A DNA stretch of 27,479 nucleotides from Oculatellaceae cyanobacterium bins.114. Its GTDB lineage: Bacteria; Cyanobacteriota; Cyanobacteriia; Elainellales; Elainellaceae. Each line of letters begins with the position of its first letter. Position 1 is the stretch's first letter. The notes under the pieces are model-generated. The model worked only from the letters and a program-made list of their open reading frames with translations, had not been told where the DNA came from and did not search any database. The translations under genes were made by a program, and so were the position numbers. The stretch is from assembly GCA_033764315.1 (NCBI GenBank), contig JANRJA010000118.1, positions 1 to 27,479 on the forward strand, given 5' to 3'. Positions 25,659 to 27,479 of the stretch are shown here, piece after piece.

Positions 25659-27353
25659 CTAGACAATACCAAACCGAGATTTAGCGATCGCCTTTAATGA
25701 TTGTCCTGCTTTAGCAATTGCTTTGCCGAGAGACTTTTGAGAACTTAAGAAAACGCGAGCACAATTGCGCCCCGGCATACCAGAAATCGAACCACCAGGA
25801 TGAGTCCCGGCTCCGGTAAGATACAGCCCTTGAATCGGGGTTTTGTAATTGGCAATTTCTGGCAGCGGACGTAAAAAGATCATTTGATCCAGAGTCATGT
25901 CCAGGTGATAGTAGTTGCCCTTATAAGATCCCAACCGCTCTCCTAATTCCGCTGGACTTTCCACCCGCCGAGCCATAATGGACGACTTAAGATTGGGGGC
26001 ATAGTCTGCCAACTTATCAATGACGCGATCAGCTACTTTTTCCTTCAGTTCACTCGTCCATCCAGTGCCATTCAACCCAGTCCCCTCCGCACCAGCGATT
26101 TGATAGGGGGCAAAGAACTCAATCCACAGCGTATGTTTGCCATCAGGAGCCATAGTTGGGTCGAGCATCGTTGGCACCACCGCATACATCGACGGATTTG
26201 CATCAGGAATTTGCCCCAATGTAATTTGATTGTGAGCGTATTCTACATGTTGCATCGAGTCAGCAATCAACACCGAGCCAATCAAGTAAGAGTCATCGTG
26301 ATTGTGGTGTTCAAAGCGAGGAGCCTCTGATAGAGCACAATCAATTTTAAGGATGGTTTCGTTGTTATTAATCGTGCGCCGTTCTAGCCGTTCACGCAGA
26401 TTGGGGTCAGCACTATCCACATCCGCTGCATCAACTAGTTGCAAGAACAGCCGTCTAGCATCGATATTAGAGATCACACCCTGCTGCGCCCGATATTCCA
26501 CGCCGTTTGCCACCCGCACGCCAACCGCTTTGCCATCATCCACCAACACTTGTTTGACAGGTTGATCCGTGAGCACTACACCGCCCAAGTGAGTCACGAG
26601 TTTAAGCAATGCCTGAACTAACGCTCCAGTGCCACCCTTAGGTCGTGCCATTCCAGGATGGTGACGCATCGACATCATCATCGAGCCGATCGCCAGTGTC
26701 TTTTGCGAGGGAGGTGCGCCAAACTCTGATGACAGGCGAGCAAGGGGGGCTTTGAGAAACTCCGAATCAAACCATTCATTTAACAAATCCTCTGGACTGG
26801 TCATCATCGTCCGCACCCAATCCAGGGCTTTGGTTGTGCCACCTACCACCGACAGCAAATCTTGAATGCGATCGCCATTGTAGTTTGACAAAATCTCTAG
26901 CACGGCTTGCGGTGGCGCATTAAACATCGGAATTAGCGCATTGGTGACACGTTGCCAATAGTCGGTGAACTCGGCATACTTTTGAGCATCGCGATCGCTA
27001 TAACGAGCAATCTCAGCACAGGTTTTTTCTAGCGATCGGTGCGCCAAAAAATATTTGCCATCGGGATGTGGGCAAAACGTCACCGGGTCACAGAACAGAT
27101 ACTCCAAGCCATATTTAGTGAGTTCTAATTCCTCCACCACCGGCCCCAGGTGAATAAACTCGTGGTCGATCGCACAGAGGTTAAACTTAAACCCCGGAGC
27201 CTCATCAGGGAGCACCTCCTCTGTCGTTGCCGCCCCCCCTGGAACTGATCGCCGCTCTAGCAACAGCACACTATATCCCGCTTTGAGCAGGTAAGCCGCA
27301 CATGTCAACCCATTGTGCCCTGCCCCAATCATCACCACATCATAGGTTTGCAT
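25659..27353 (-). CDS. crtO: Beta-carotene ketolase CrtO (phytoene dehydrogenase family)
   Basis: 564 aa. IGAGHNGL, PGGAATTEE, CAIDHEFIHLGPV, GLEYLFCDP and GAGTHPGGSISGMPGRNCA match cyanobacterial CrtO as recalled. Confidence 0.88.
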   Translation of the reverse strand: MQTYDVVMIGAGHNGLTCAAYLLKAGYSVLLLERRSVPGGAATTEEVLPDEAPGFKFNLCAIDHEFIHLGPVVEELELTKYGLEYLFCDPVTFCPHPDGKYFLAHRSLEKTCAEIARYSDRDAQKYAEFTDYWQRVTNALIPMFNAPPQAVLEILSNYNGDRIQDLLSVVGGTTKALDWVRTMMTSPEDLLNEWFDSEFLKAPLARLSSEFGAPPSQKTLAIGSMMMSMRHHPGMARPKGGTGALVQALLKLVTHLGGVVLTDQPVKQVLVDDGKAVGVRVANGVEYRAQQGVISNIDARRLFLQLVDAADVDSADPNLRERLERRTINNNETILKIDCALSEAPRFEHHNHDDSYLIGSVLIADSMQHVEYAHNQITLGQIPDANPSMYAVVPTMLDPTMAPDGKHTLWIEFFAPYQIAGAEGTGLNGTGWTSELKEKVADRVIDKLADYAPNLKSSIMARRVESPAELGERLGSYKGNYYHLDMTLDQMIFLRPLPEIANYKTPIQGLYLTGAGTHPGGSISGMPGRNCARVFLSSQKSLGKAIAKAGQSLKAIAKSRFGIV

Positions 27354-27479
27354 TCAGCCAACTCCGGGATAAGCACCTCTTTTAACCTATATCAAATTGA
27401 CCAGAAGCGTGGAGTTGATAAAAGCGATTTATACCGTCAAATAACAACACCACCCCGAGAAAACCCCAAGCGCCGGGGA

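Larger units (their letters stand above)
2869..27039. repeat. HIP1 (GCGATCGC) highly iterated palindrome, dispersed
   Basis: About 55 copies by eye count (around 2 per kb). The first is at 2869. Confidence 0.95.

Noticed and set aside
27453..27479. CCCCG...CGGGG possible hairpin at the window end
   Set aside because: Short and cut off by the window edge.

Overview
Chromosomal window from a cyanobacterium. The HIP1 octamer GCGATCGC occurs about 55 times by eye count, and NtcA boxes, ntcB, crtO and DUF1350/DUF4168 genes are present; a filamentous Leptolyngbya/Oculatella-like host is inferred. In order: an AT-rich, HIP1-free left end with a tandem AAA_35 (STAND-like) ATPase pair, the second copy truncated, plus a broken response-regulator remnant; two hypotheticals, DUF4168, holA, a Ser/Thr kinase-WD40 gene, tsaB, rimM and avtA; a two-gene FHA unit (FHA-zinc ribbon, and FHA fused to a flavin-monooxygenase-like enzyme); DUF1350 and a PHP phosphoesterase; the nitrate-assimilation regulatory cluster nirB-ntcB-cnaT with no nirA next to it; a divergent AraC/MATE pair; a coupled AlbA_2 (Schlafen-like)-HATPase gene plus orphan ParA-like ATPase; a saccharopine-dehydrogenase-like gene and crtO. 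Best candidates for undescribed biology are the Schlafen-like/ParA cassette, the FHA-monooxygenase unit, a ~100-bp two-copy intergenic element with compensatory stem changes, and a motif-rich 660-bp gap between convergent genes. No rRNA, tRNA, CRISPR array or transposase was seen. Family assignments come from recalled motifs, not from database searches.
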